From Nemertoderma westbladi (lineage: Eukaryota > Animalia > Xenacoelomorpha): a stretch of DNA of 64,000 bases. The stretch is taken from the NCBI GenBank assembly GCA_032718475.1, contig JAUCBJ010000527.1:1-64000 (forward strand), in the 5' to 3' direction. The stretch's first letter is position 1; each line of letters begins with the position of its first letter. Of the stretch, positions 35,690-48,682 are shown one piece after another. The notes under the pieces are model-generated. The model was not told the DNA's origin, did no database searches, and saw only the letters and a list, made by a program, of their open reading frames with translations. The position numbers and the translations under genes were made by a program.

Positions 35690-37258
35690 AACATTATTTT
35701 TTGTTCAGTTGGAATATTATTATTTTATGCGGAATGACAGTGTATGGTTCATCAAACACTTTAGCATGCCATATCACAGTGTTCCACTCCGATAGTGCCC
35801 AGACTTCCTTATTCTTTAAGTGACTTTCTATTCGAGCATGGATCGAATCCACTGGCATATTGGTATGCCTGGAAGTAGGAATATCAGCCTGATGCGAGAA
35901 ACGTTCGGAAGACGGATTAGTACTTGATTTATGGTGGTGATTATAATTCGATTCTTATTCTGTCCACTGGTGCTGTCACAGAAAAGGTCTATTTTTTTCA
36001 CATTAGGGCACCTGACATTCAGATCAATAAGACTCTTATGGAGCACAGAAGCCACCTCAATAGATCCCCGCTTCACCGTGTTCTCTCCCCAGATATAGCA
36101 ATATCCCTTTTTAGTTCCACTCTCAAAAACAGACACATTATAGATAGCAAACCGGCGGGAATATCTGATAAGCATCGAGTTAGCGTGTGGTGTGTTAAGA
36201 ACTTTCTGCAGATCATAGCTCAAACACCAGTACTCATCTGTCTCACGTTCTTGGGCTCGTTTAAACACCTGGGCAATGGCTTTCTTTTCATCTTGATGGC
36301 ACCCATAAATCTGAGGATCAAGATCAGGGTCTTTCCTTTGGAAGCGAACACACAAAACACACTTATCTTTCTTTGGGATATGAAATCCCAAATTGAACTC
36401 CGATTTGAATATTCTGCGAAAAACTGAAAACTTCACTGGATTGGGCACCTTTGAGACATAGATACGATGCAAATTTTTTTCACTCTCTAGACTCCTTGGA
36501 AGATACTTTCGGCTGGATTCTTTTCGACAATTGTGTGAGCTCATTGCTTGGAGCTCAGATATGAACTTCCGAACATCTTCTTCTCGCTTCGAGGCCGTTC
36601 GGTTATTTGCACCTCCTGATTGGCTACCCGTCAAAGATCCATGATCAGTTGTACCTCTTCTAACTGGACCACTTCTAACTATAGATTTTAGCAACCCCTC
36701 ACCAACATCTAAAGTACACTCTATAAATTGTCTGCACACTGGAATCTTCTTCCTATCTTTGTATAGGTTCCACTTCACAGAAACGTTCTTCGGCTGTCGT
36801 TTCTTCTCATCATTGTCTGTGGGACGATGTCTTTCCACAGCATCCTTCTCCAGCAATGTCCTCAGATAGGCATGTTGTTGCTCCCTACTCCTAAAAGCGC
36901 TATAGTAATGATTGTACTGATCCAATCTTTCTTCCTCCATCCAGTTGTCACGGCAGCTCCGGGCACAGTTTTCTTTACACGGCACGGCCCTCATCGATTT
37001 TGATTTTCGCACCTTTCCCTGTGTAACATATTCTTTACCTCTCAGCCGCGCTAATCTCTAATCTCAGCCGCTCAGTATTACAGGTAACCGGCCCACTCCG
37101 TTTTTGGCGGCTCTTTTTTGAGCATTTGGAGGTCCCACTGTAGCATCAATGTCCCCATTAAAGATCGATTCCTCGTCAGTACTAAACCTAAACTCTTCTT
37201 CCATTGGCCCACTCCCTCCGTCACTATCCTCGGCCACAATAAAACCTCCGAACGACAT
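35690..37258 (-). pseudogene. Sola1-type DDD transposase, frameshifted and 3'-truncated
   Basis: FNLGFHIPKKDKCVLC, SYDLQKVLNTP, WGE..KRGSIEVAS, FCDSTSGQNKN, then PGHT.MPVDSIHARIE in a shifted frame. Confidence 0.8.
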
Positions 37259-38241
37259 TGTATTAGCTGATTCGTATTATCGTATAAGACTGGAAGACAG
37301 GTTGACTCGAGTATAGTAAGTTGTAACCAGTATTATACCGGTACGACTACCGTATAATAAAATTATTGTACAGCCAGCATGTAATCTGAACTGCAGTATT
37401 GAATATTAAATTTCCCGCCAAAGTATCTACTTAAAAGCTTACTACTATTACTACTTTACTACTTTTGTTACAATTGGGACATTTAGATACATGCATTTCT
37501 GAAATTATACATCGATAAAGTGAGAACTTGAGAGGTTTCAGGGGAATTTGGGATATTTTGAAAAAACGATTTTCGAAATTTGGCATTTGGGATATTATGT
37601 TTTTTGATATAACTTGTAAAATAATTGGAATATTGCAAAACCGCTTTGAGTGACTACAAAGATGATTCCTTCGATAATGACATTTTTGAATACTAAATCC
37701 TCTTTATTCTTGCAAATGTATCCCATGGAAATCAGGAAATGTATTCACTCCCAAAGCACTTTATCCATTACCAGGTGAGGGTACAGATCCCATTTTTTCT
37801 TCTACGCCCTACCGGCAGACCAGTACCGATGGCCGCCACTGGTACAGTCGCGCAGTCGTGGTCATCTATTAACAGTCATCTGTAACATCAACACCAAATA
37901 ACAGTCTGTCGCAATTCAGGGTCAGGGACATGTTATCTATATACATATTTATAACAAATAATAATAAATTTGCAGCACCACCCAGCAGATGATATTTATT
38001 TTCACAAGATTCCGTCTGATAGATATGTTGCCCCAGCCTTGCTGAAAAATTTTTCTGATCAGTCAAGTAGAATAGCTTCTCAGGTACATTATAGTCAACT
38101 GGGATTGGCAAAATCGTACAGTTGTCCGAATACCGTATGGGAAGGAGATATTAAATAACCCGTATATAATATATATTAATATTAATATTAATAATAATAA
38201 TAATATTATAAACCCGTATAACGCTAGTAACAAGATAATAC

Positions 38242-38632
38242 TATATTATATAGCTGCCTCAATTATTTGGCTAGAGAGGTGCCATAATATCAAATTGAAA
38301 GCAATGAAATTAAGAGCAATGGGTTACATGACATGGGATGTGAAACAGGATTTTATGGTGAGGAATATTTGGGTAGCTTTTTTGAAATTGGTTCTGTTTC
38401 AGATGGCAAAGATAGTAACTTAGAGATTAGCTGTACTAATTAATAAAGCGATAAGTTACTATCTTTGCCATCTGAAACAGAACCAATTTCAAAAAAGGTA
38501 CCCAAATATTCCTCACCATAAAATCCTGTTTCACATCCCATGTCATGTAACCCATTGCTCTTAATTTCATTGCTTTCAATTTGATATTATGGCACCTCTC
38601 TAGCCAAATAATTGAGGCAGCTATATAATATA
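38242..38632. repeat. Foldback: 181-bp inverted arms with a 29-bp spacer
   Basis: 38242-38422 is the reverse complement of 38452-38632; I found one mismatch (gggtagc vs ggtaccc). Confidence 0.95.
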
Positions 38633-39000
38633 TCTGTTCTTGAACTGACTAGAATGCTGGAAGATTTTAGTCACCATTGGGTTATTAGTAATCATCTTCC
38701 CGATTATGGTATCCAAGAAACATATGATTGTTTCCTTACCGTCGTGGGCCTTCTCGTCGGATATTTCAATGGTGCTTTCTGTTCCATTTTGCAACCACAT
38801 CGCCGTTGTAAATATCTTAATCACCTCCCTATTCCAATGGGCACTCTGTGCCTCATCCTGGTAATAACAGGTAAGGTCAGTGGCGAAGTCTACCTGCAAT
38901 AAGGCGGATGTTGAAACAACCGAAACTTATCAACATCTATCTGCTTGCATTGAAACGTTTGAAGTCTATACGCCAGCGTTTGTTGCCTGATGAGAAGGCC
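38633..39000 (-). pseudogene. Sola2-like transposase fragment
   Basis: QVDFATDLTCYYQDEAQSAHWN...ISDEKAHD...SQFKNRY. Confidence 0.65.
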
Positions 39001-39004
39001 CATA

Positions 39005-39185
39005 TGCAATACAACACCCAACTTCAGAATACTTCGAAAAGGGTTATGCCATTAGGATGACAAACCTAGAAGTTGTTACTGACCAGACGTACTACCTTCC
39101 GCATCACTATGAACGACATTCAGATACACTCGAAAAGGTGCGTGTGGTCAATGACTGCACTGCCATCTTTCAGGGGATGTCCCTT
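39005..39185 (+). pseudogene. Small BEL/Pao RT fragment
   Basis: EYFEKGYA...YYLPHH...KVRVVNDCTAIFQGMSL. Confidence 0.7.
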
Positions 39186-40079
39186 CAGGGATGTACAATA
39201 ATACTAAAACGTTATGATTTTAATGTTATTAAATGCATGGTATTATCTTGTAATAGGCCTACATAGAGTTTCCATATAAACACGGTTATTTCTATAAATG
39301 CAATAACTTATTACATCTGAACGTGTGGTTTGTTTTATAATATAATAGAGTAAGAATTGGTGAAACGCTATTTATTAATATTATAATCATAATGTGAATA
39401 ATAATGTTAGCATTATGTGAACACCCGTTTAAAACAGTGAAATGAAACCCACAACACAATGCTTTTATGCTCTTATTATCTTATAGCAAATATATCTAAC
39501 AACTGTAATATATAATAATGTCTGGTGACCCGTAATGTAGTGCTAAGCTGCTAACCTTGTAGATATAAAAACACATAACTTTCCGATACCCAATAGGGCA
39601 TCTACAGTAATACAATTTTATTATTATTTTTGCAAGAAACAATTAAAACAATTAAAATGTATAATTATAGGTAGGCCCTCAATCCCAAGCTTTTTATTTC
39701 CATTCCACCAGCCATTCTTCTGTTTTCTCTCTTTCCTCTGCTTTCTCTATATCTTTATGGCCAGTACTACACAGGGTCTTTAGACCCTGCTAGTGCTGGA
39801 TCTTTAAATTCCGGACTTCCACAATACTCCCTTTGGTTATGTAACAGGCTCCCACACAGAAGGGGTTCATTCATTGGTCCCGTCTCTTAACATAACGTAC
39901 GTATTTCTAGTTCTTTCCCTGATACAGGGGCAACACTGTCCTCGGCGTCGGCCACATATAAGACAATAACTAAAATTTATTAGTTATATAAATATCATTC
40001 AGTAAGTATGTAAGGTACCCAATAAACTAAACAACTCAGTTGGATAATGATATACGCTTTCGGTGGCTGTAAAGCTACA

Positions 40080-40514
40080 ATGTGGCTCTAATTATGCAAA
40101 TTTTCTCGTTTCCAAAGTAGTTTACAAGAAGCTGACTGGGATAGCTTGTATAGCACAAAGGACTCTGTTGTATCAGGCTGGACTTCAAAATTCATTGCCT
40201 GTGCTAGCACCGCCATACCAAACAAACAAGTTATAATTCGTCCAAATGATAAACCCTAGTACAATACATATTTGCGTCGCCTAGCACGTCAAAAGAATAG
40301 GTTGCACAACACAGCGAAGCACTGTGTAGGTATCCAAACACAGCAGGTCTGGATAAATTTTCGACACACCCAAAATAAATATATTTCAGAATGTCGGTTG
40401 GCCAAACTTAATTATTTTTTTAAACTATCTGAAAAACTTTACTCCACATCATTAACAAGCAAACAATGGTGGGCTCATTGCAAGCGCTTGATGGGTAAAC
40501 ATGTAATTCAATGA
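40080..40514 (+). pseudogene. LINE ORF2 fragment (endonuclease-RT linker)
   Basis: ADWDSL...IPNKQVIIRPNDKP*YNTYLRRLARQKNRLH...SKQWW. Confidence 0.75.
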
Positions 40515-41089
40515 AACAACAGAGTGATCACTGGACCCAAGAGGACTGGAAATATTAATGCCCGTGACTGTATTGGTTAATGTTTTAATTATTGGCATTA
40601 ATAAAGTTGCACTTGGAGCAGTAATCATGGTTGGTTAAACAAAAAATGAAAAATTTATAAAATGACCCACCCCCGGGGCAAATAACGTTGTTGAAAAACA
40701 TGGACCAGGTAGGGTTAAATGTCAACATTTTGCTAATGTGGATAACAAAAGTCTACATGTCGCCAGGCAGGGGTATAACTTTCTTTATATAAGTTGGACG
40801 AAAATGTATTAATTCTCAAGTCTAGTGGAATTTATTGAAATGAACCTGCTCTAAATGACCCAAAGAACAAGCATATGGAGTGCTTGATGTGCTCACCACC
40901 TGACTTCCCCTAATGTGGCTGACTATAACTATTTGACCTTGTCATTGTCATGTTTCTTAAACCATAATCGGTAATCCCCCCCCCCCCCCTCCCCCCACAA
41001 GAAATAACCAAATAAAAGTTTAAAAATATAAACACAATAAAATATAATAAAATATAATGTCGAATAGCACAACAAATTCTAAAAATGTT

Positions 41090-41755
41090 GAATATAATAA
41101 CAATTTCAAAACATTTAATAATTTCAAAAATCTAAATATAGCACAACAAATTAAATAATACGAATTTACTGAGTCCCATGACTGTATGAGTGAACTAGTA
41201 GACACGATATTTTGGTCCCTCTCTGCTGTATAACTGTGGTGCCAGCCTTTAGATTGGGAGGCTAGAATCAAATATACATTGGAAAAGAAGATACTTTTTC
41301 AATATTATATACATTTCAAAACATATCTAATAATTTCTAAAATCTAAATATAGCACTACAAATTAAAAAAATACGAATTTACTGAGTCCTAAGACTGTAT
41401 GAGTGAACTATTAGACACGATATTTTGGTCCCTCTCTGGTGTATAACTGTGGTGCCAGCCTTTAGATTGGGAGACTAGAATCAAATATACATTGGAAAAG
41501 AAGATACTTTTTCAATATATACATTTCAAAACATATCTAATAATTTCTAAAATCTTAATATAGCACAACAAATTAAATAATACGAATTTACTGAGTCCTA
41601 TGAGTGATAGGCACGATATTTTGGTCCCTCTCTGGTGTATAACTGTGGTGCCAGCCTTTAGATTGGGAGACTATAATCAAATATAGATTGGAAAAGAAGA
41701 TACTTTTTCAATATACATTTCAAAACATATCCAATTTCTAAAATCTAAATATATT
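41090..41755. repeat. ~210-bp tandem repeat, ~3 copies
   Basis: Anchor cgaatttactgagtcc at 41161, 41374, 41583. Confidence 0.9.
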
Positions 41756-41999
41756 GCATATATACTGCTGTGGTGCTAGGCTTTATAATGTGAGAATAAA
41801 ATCCCATAGTGCCATAGACGAAAATTCCACCTCTAAATATAACACAACGAACGCTAACACAACGAACTCTGAACAACTCATAAATGATAAAGAATAATGG
41901 TAAAGAACGAAGTTTCATAACTCTTTTTCAATCAAAATTTTTGAATATGATTTCTTTTTGTCACTGAGTACTTGCTGTACCCAATTTCTTTTTCTTACT

Positions 42000-42175
42000 G
42001 GGTGCTATTGACTATTTATTTTTGATGCTGGGTGCTATGGCCGATTTCTTTTTGTTGCTGGGTGCTATGGCTGATTTCTTTTTGTTGCTGGGTGCTATGG
42101 CCGATTTCTATTTGTTGCTGGGTGCTATGGCCGATTTCTTTTTGTTGCTGGGTGCTATGGCCCTGTGGGTGCTAT
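42000..42175. repeat. 30-bp minisatellite, ~5-6 copies
   Basis: Unit gggtgctatggccgatttctttttgttgct. Confidence 0.9.
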
Positions 42176-42358
42176 GTGCTCTTGGGGTTTTATGATGGTG
42201 TCATATACATTGCATTGGGTCTTGAGAGACTGTGCCATTGATTTGGCGTCCCGATTTTGGTCTCTCTCTGACCCCGCCAGATCCTGATAAAGGAAACTAA
42301 CTGTAGGCCTATGGCGTACAGCTGTTTTGCACACTTTGGTCACTTGCGCCCCTGTAAT

Positions 42359-43800
42359 TTATATACAAATTCCTAGAAGATCATACGTCTCAGGTAATAG
42401 TACGAATATTTGCGACCTGTAAGTTTTTGCAGTTTTATGATTTTCGACGTTTATGGTCCACGAACCTTTACTAAAGTTTGCACTCCTACAGTTATTATCT
42501 GTCATATTCAGAAGCGGAGAAGATCGTGATGCAATGCTATATGTAATTACAGACATTAAATAAGATTGCATCTGCCATAATGGCACATTGATTTCATTGA
42601 GCATAGGTAACGACTTAATAGCATCTCGAATCGTGCTGGAAATAGAAGTTGTCTCGAACATGGATAATTATGTAAGTGTAGGCATCGTATTACCCGCCCA
42701 TAAATGATTGGTTAAGTCTTTCTTCAGATTGCTCATCAAACAAGCGATTGTTTGTTTGGCAACAATAACGTCACTCCGGGAATTTTTTGACTATTTTTTG
42801 AAAAATGAACCTAATTTTTTTTTAAAATAGCCAAATAATTAGTGTCACAAACATTAAAATCACAATTGGGTGTTTATGCGTACATTATATAAAAATTTTG
42901 GAGGTTATTGGAGGTGTTAATAGGAGCTGATGTAGAGCATTACGGGCAGCTAATACATTTTTAACTCCAAACTTAGAGTCTATGCAAGCGGTTTTTTCTG
43001 AGTGTGCTAAATAGAACGATACAGCTTTCTGAGTTTCTTCGTCAAAACCCATAGCTGCAGTCTCTAACAACTTGCAACAAGCCGTGGGAGTTAAATTGTG
43101 GTATGGAATTTCGGGGAATGTGTCGTAAAGTCTCTTTAATTCCAGTCCAGGGCTAATGAATTGCTTACCTAATGTATTTAGAAAGACATATTTTAGATCA
43201 TTAGTAATATCTACAGATTTGGGTTGCATTCGAACGATTTTAGGTCTAATATTTTCAATATAGAATACAATTTCGTCATAGAGATCATCTGATAAGCCAA
43301 AATGGGCAAGCAACTCAGAAACAGCAACAACATGTATACCATCCCCACAGAATTTAGGTTGCCCCCCACGACGAAACTCAGAAAGCTGTAAAGTGCTCAC
43401 AACCATCGGTCTTTGTACTTCTAGAACCATAAGGCGGGGCCATGAGGCACCTCACATCAAGCAACAACTTCTAGAACCATAAGGCGGGGCCATGAGGCAC
43501 CTCACATCAAGCAACAACAAGAATAACAAGACGTAGAGAAGGGCTCACAACAAGAAGGTAATCTGTCCTATTTATTTGTTTTTGGCTTAGTAAATTTTGT
43601 TTTGCTAATTCAACTTGCTCCTTAACTTTACTATCTGTTATAATACGTATAGTTTCTCGTGGATCTCTATCTACAAACTTTTCATAGTCTTCTATCCTAC
43701 ATTGTATAATTCTCTTACTTATGGGGTTAGAAATACTCGACTTTTGGAAGGCTTGGTGAGCATCGAAACAATCTTTAAATTGGTCCCACAGTAGTAAGGA
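42359..43800 (-). pseudogene. Tyrosine-recombinase (Crypton-like) remnants, two segments
   Basis: QRPMVVSTL...YIENIRP...YVFLNTLGK...LTPT..CKLLET...YLAHSEKTA (42885-43430); ASRSSPLLNMT...VENHKTAKTY (42359-42661). Confidence 0.65.
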
Positions 43801-43977
43801 TATTTCTGATCTTCTTGTAGGACAAAAATTGCCAGTGTACCGGTATATACAATAGGCCTAGTTAATTCGTCACCTGATGCTAACTTTTCTCTTGATATTG
43901 GTACCGGCAGACATGGCTATTATGTTATCTCTCTAATCGTTGCAGATTTGTTGCATATATGATCCATTCCACAGGAA

Positions 43978-44072
43978 ATGACTGACAAACAACTAATACC
44001 GGTACATAATGTAACTGGCATTTGTTTCAAACAAATGCCAGTTACATTATGTATTACTTCTTTGTCAGTCAT
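43978..44072. repeat. Near-perfect palindrome: 25-bp arms at 44003-44053 plus outer 12-bp arms
   Basis: tacataatgtaactggcatttgttt-c-aaacaaatgccagttacattatgta; outer atgactgacaaa / tttgtcagtcat. Confidence 0.9.
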
Positions 44073-45519
44073 GTTGCGTCGTTATGGCAAGCCCCGTCAT
44101 CTGTAAAGTGTAAAGTTAAATGAGTAAATCTAAATAATAACAAAATGTCCGTTAAATAAGTTACAAATAATAGTTTTTAAATCAAAATATTGAACAATCC
44201 AGTAAGCAAGTTAAAAAAACACATTACATATAGAGATGCAGAGTATGCACTATGTAAACTCTATAATTACTAATTGCCAGTCAACCCTTGACTGCCTTGG
44301 TATAAAAGCGTGAACTCTATTATCAGTGAAACAAGCAAAATATTTAATTTTAAACTTACCTGTATGTTTGAAGTGTGACACGATACGTTCCACGTAGGAA
44401 GTAGAGGTTCAATGAATATATTCAGGGAAAAGAAAGATATTACTCTAAGTAGATTCAATATTGTCTATTGAAAAAAATGTATTTCATTTTTATATTTTTG
44501 ACTCTGTTTTGAATATAATCCACCTTATTCAAATTCAGTCACACTTTAGCTGAAGTAAAATAATATAGCAAAGTGGATGGGAACTTTGTAAAACACTTAA
44601 TTTGCACTTTGCAGCTGTCTTTCTAAACCAAAATAATAGTATAATAATAAAACGAACGAATATGAATAACTTAAAAATGAAAATGTGTTTTTACCATTTT
44701 AATGTATGACGATTTCTGTACCTGTACTTATAGTTCACAGGTTGTTAACAGCTCGTATGGTGAGATTAAGTTAACCGTTGTTTATTCATGTCACGATGAA
44801 ATGTGCTATACTACTTGAACTACTTACTACGTTGTTTAATCAAAAAAATAACTGTTGTAAATAATATACTAATATGTTATTAAGTCTAATTTGTTTATAA
44901 CAGAAAACTGTATAGACTAATGACCGATAATAAACCAATGACTAATTGTGTTATATATGGAACAGGAATAAAGCATGACAAAAAAAATGGAACACCCCAT
45001 CTGTCTTCGGTACATTGAGTTCAGTCAGTTTGACCTGAATTAATTTGTCTGTTGAATGTGTCAGTTTGTGTTTAACCCATGTTTTTAGATCCCCCATCAC
45101 CTCTGTCAGTAACGTCTTGGCTGTCAGGTTCCTATCTATTAGTGTAAAGTTCGGTGAGTCAGCGAGGAATGACAAAGTATCCTAACTAAAGTCCCTACAC
45201 AGTGTTTTGTCAGTTTTAAGTTCAGTAAAAGGCGTCATTCCCAAATGGCAAACTGTAATTGTGGTACTGGTCCAACCCCCTGTCCGGTGTCGTGTAATTT
45301 TGCCATTGGAACAGAGCCTCATCACATGGTACAGTCATCACCCCCCGTATGCAGTCATGTACGTCCTCTGTATCATACCGTGGTGTCCGTGGTGACGTCA
45401 TTTGCTCCACAAATTCCAGAACCAGAAAGGCGCGGTTGGAAACGGACTGAGCAATATCGGATCTGTTCTCTAAACAAGAGTCTCCGATTTTCCCAGCCGC
45501 TCGTCAACCACGTGGCAAT

Positions 45520-46320
45520 CTGGGTCCGAAATTAATGCCCAAATGGGTTCCATGGTCCCACGACCTTTACGGAACCCATTCTGATTTCCACAGAGCAGTC
45601 TCTCAATGGGATCCCTGATGCGATTTAATAGAATTCTATTGTGTATAGCTTTTGCAGCAATCGAGATCAATGAGATTCCCCGAAAAGAACCATAGAGTGT
45701 TAGGTTGTCCTTCTTGGGAACTGGCACCAACTTATTTGTTTTCATTTCTTGTGGGACTCTTGTTGTTCGGTACATGTCTACTATGATGGGATAGATGAGC
45801 TTTAAACACTCAGGTATTTTAAAGACCTCAGGGGGAACACCATCTATTCCACTGGTACGATTGGTCTTAATGCTCTTTGCAGCAGCCTTCACTTCTGCAA
45901 TGGAGATATCGCCAATTGGAATATCTGGGAGTACAGACTCAAGACACTTTTACTTCTATAAAGTTATCAGGCAATACCCTGTCATTATTGAGGAGCCTTT
46001 CAAAGTGGGCCTTCCAACCATTGAGGCGATCGGCTGGTGATTCAGCCTTAACCTTGGTGGTTGGTTGGCTTTTCCGCCCAGTAAGCAAGTTGATCGATTT
46101 CCATGCCTGGGATGATTGCCTGCTGTCGTCAGCATCATTGATGGTATCAACCTGTTGGTTTATTAGCTCCTGTAGATTAACAGAGTACTGCCTGTTCAGG
46201 GACCTAGATGCAGCCTTAACTGCATTCTTGGCCGCTGTAGTCTGTTTGAGTCGGGTCTCTTTCTACGCCTTATATAAGTCATTTCAGCACTTCTGCATGA
46301 AGCATGAAGCATAGCCATCC
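45520..46320 (-). pseudogene. RTE-clade LINE RT N-terminal fragment
   Basis: SGIDGVPPEVFK, VPVPKKDNL...FRGISLISIAAK, NQNGFRKGRGT. Confidence 0.85.
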
Positions 46321-46769
46321 ATTGATAGCTGCATTGGTGTAAGTGCCAATCAACTAGTTGGAGTGCTCTGGTGTAATGGCTTTCTACATGGGTGTAACTC
46401 TAGGTAGACGACAGCATTGGCGGGTTCAAGTCTCCCTCACACTCAAGCGTCATGTCTCCCCACACGGGCTTTTTTTTTCGATTAATTGATATAATTTCAA
46501 AACGGCTGAACCAAAACTGGAAAACAATATATGGCAGGATAGTGCAATAATTAGTTAACACATGTTGTGAATTACAATTATTGTAACATACAGTAAAATA
46601 AGGATGCGAATTTTCATTAGTTGTAAAGGGTAAAAATTTACTTTTGAACACAGAAAACGTTTATTGACAATAAAACAAATTCCCATTCTTAAAGAAGAAG
46701 AATGGGAAGTCAGATGGACTAGATAATCTCCCTTACGAAACATTAAAGGGATCAATATCTCTAACACTC

Positions 46770-48400
46770 TATCTGTGGACAATGCTATTTAACATTTGTT
46801 TGGTAACTGGGTCATTGGTTTCTACATGGAAACATAGCATCCTAAAGGTCCTATATAAAGGTAAAGGTTCAAGAGATGAAGAGAACAACTATCGAGGTAT
46901 AGCCCTTCTGTGTAACCCTTTCAAGGTGCTTACAAGGCTTGTTGGGAAGCGGCTCCGTGAGTTCCTCCATTCTAAGATTCCTAAAGACCAGTTTGGTTTC
47001 ATGCCAGGTCGATCAACCATTCAACCGTTGCAGCGTCTACTAACTCGGATCAAAGGAAATCTATCAGAACCAAGGAAACCTCTTTATGCCGCCTTTATCG
47101 ATTTCCAAAAAGCCTTCGATTCGGTGCCACGATCTAAAGTACTGTACAAATTGGAACACGTGTTCAAGGTAAATGGGAGATTATTGCGTCTAATTAAATG
47201 TATTCTAAGCCCAAATTTCATATATATTTCTGATGGTTTGAGGAAATCTAATCCTGTGAGGCAAACTCAAGGATGCCAACAGGGCGATAGGCCCGTTTCT
47301 TTTTATATTATACATATGGGACTTAATAATGTTTATTACGAGAGTAGACGAAGCAATTGTGGTATTCTTATTCGCTGATGACCTTTTGTTCTTCTCTGAT
47401 AACAAGGACGCTTTACAGGCTGCACTCAATGCCACCAGCAGATAGATGGGCTTCCATCAACGGCCTTACTGCAAACCTGCGAAAATCGCAAATCATCAAA
47501 TTCAGAAGAGGGGGGCGCCTATGTGGGGCTGATAAGTTTTTCTACAATTCCAGTCACCAGTTGAAATAGTAAATCATTACACTTATCTCGGAATAGTACT
47601 ACAACCAACCCTTTCATTCACTCGACACATAATTAACACCACATGCAAATCGTTTAAAGTGATCCATTCTATCAAACAACCCAGCCTTTTATCTCTCAAC
47701 ACAGCAATCAAGTTATTTACAATCAAAATCGAACCAATCATCAGTTATTGGCTCACTGTTATATGGGAATTTCTGAAATCAAAGGACTTTGAGAACCTGG
47801 ACAAGATTAAGTCATCGTACCTTAAAAGAGTTCTGTCAGTACACAAATCTGCTCAGAACAGGCTTGTCCTGGCGCTGAGTGGAAGCAAGAACCTGTGTAT
47901 GGATCTGCAACAAAAACTCAATCTCCCCAAAACTCCCGAATTTAATAAATACAAAACTGGGGTCAATTCGAAGAACAACAAAATAATTCCAGAATTCTGG
48001 CGTTCTCCCGGATTTACAAACCCAAAATGGAGAACCTCAAACTATAAAAACCGGCACATCATCACACGGGTGTCTATACATGGGTTTCATCACCTAATTT
48101 GTAAAAACCCCGCGTTTCACGAGACTGCAGATGAATGCGTCTGCCGATTGTGGGACGCCAGAGCCAGCCGATACCACATTTTAAATTGTCACAAGAATGA
48201 TGCACCCCTTGTGAACTGGGCAAATACAAAATGATCCCATGTAAATGGAAGAACTGCATTTTATTTTATTTTGTATATATTTTATAATAATTTGTATAGT
48301 TGTGTGTGTTATTGATGTAATTTTAGCCTAATTTCTCGTTCCTACTGTAGAAGTGCCATCCTTTTGGCTTAATTAATAATAATATTAAAAAAAAATAAAA
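46770..48400 (+). pseudogene. 5'-truncated non-LTR retrotransposon (RT, C-terminal Cys/His motif, A-rich tail)
   Basis: LYKGKG...NYRGIAL, QFGFMPGRST, FIDFQKAFDSV, GCQQG, LFADD in a shifted frame, YTYLG, CVCRL...HILNC; A-rich end at ~48385-48410. Confidence 0.9.
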
Positions 48401-48619
48401 CAAAAAATAACCAACAGGTCATAAAACATTGTTGCACGGGTGTAGCCTACATGTATTTTACACATTTTTGTATGGTATTGTTAAATAATTTATAATAGTT
48501 TTTGAGTTATTAAAAAAAATCAAGTCTCCCCTAAAGTCAAGTCTCCCTCACTCACCCTACTCCTATCTCAGTAATTCAACTGGTTCTCATTTGATTGAAG
48601 CCAGTTAAGGAAAGGCTGA

Positions 48620-48682
48620 GTGGATCCAGGCGGGGCTCGAACATACAACCAAGGGATCAACCAACAGTCGTCCTAACCTGCC
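48620..48682 (-). mobile_element. Possible tRNA-derived SINE head
   Basis: Minus strand ggttaggacg...tatgttcgagccccgcctggatcca has A/B-box-like motifs; no full cloverleaf. Confidence 0.35.

Noticed and set aside
46360-46445. tRNA gene
   Set aside because: A/B-box-like words are present but no consistent cloverleaf; at most a decayed SINE
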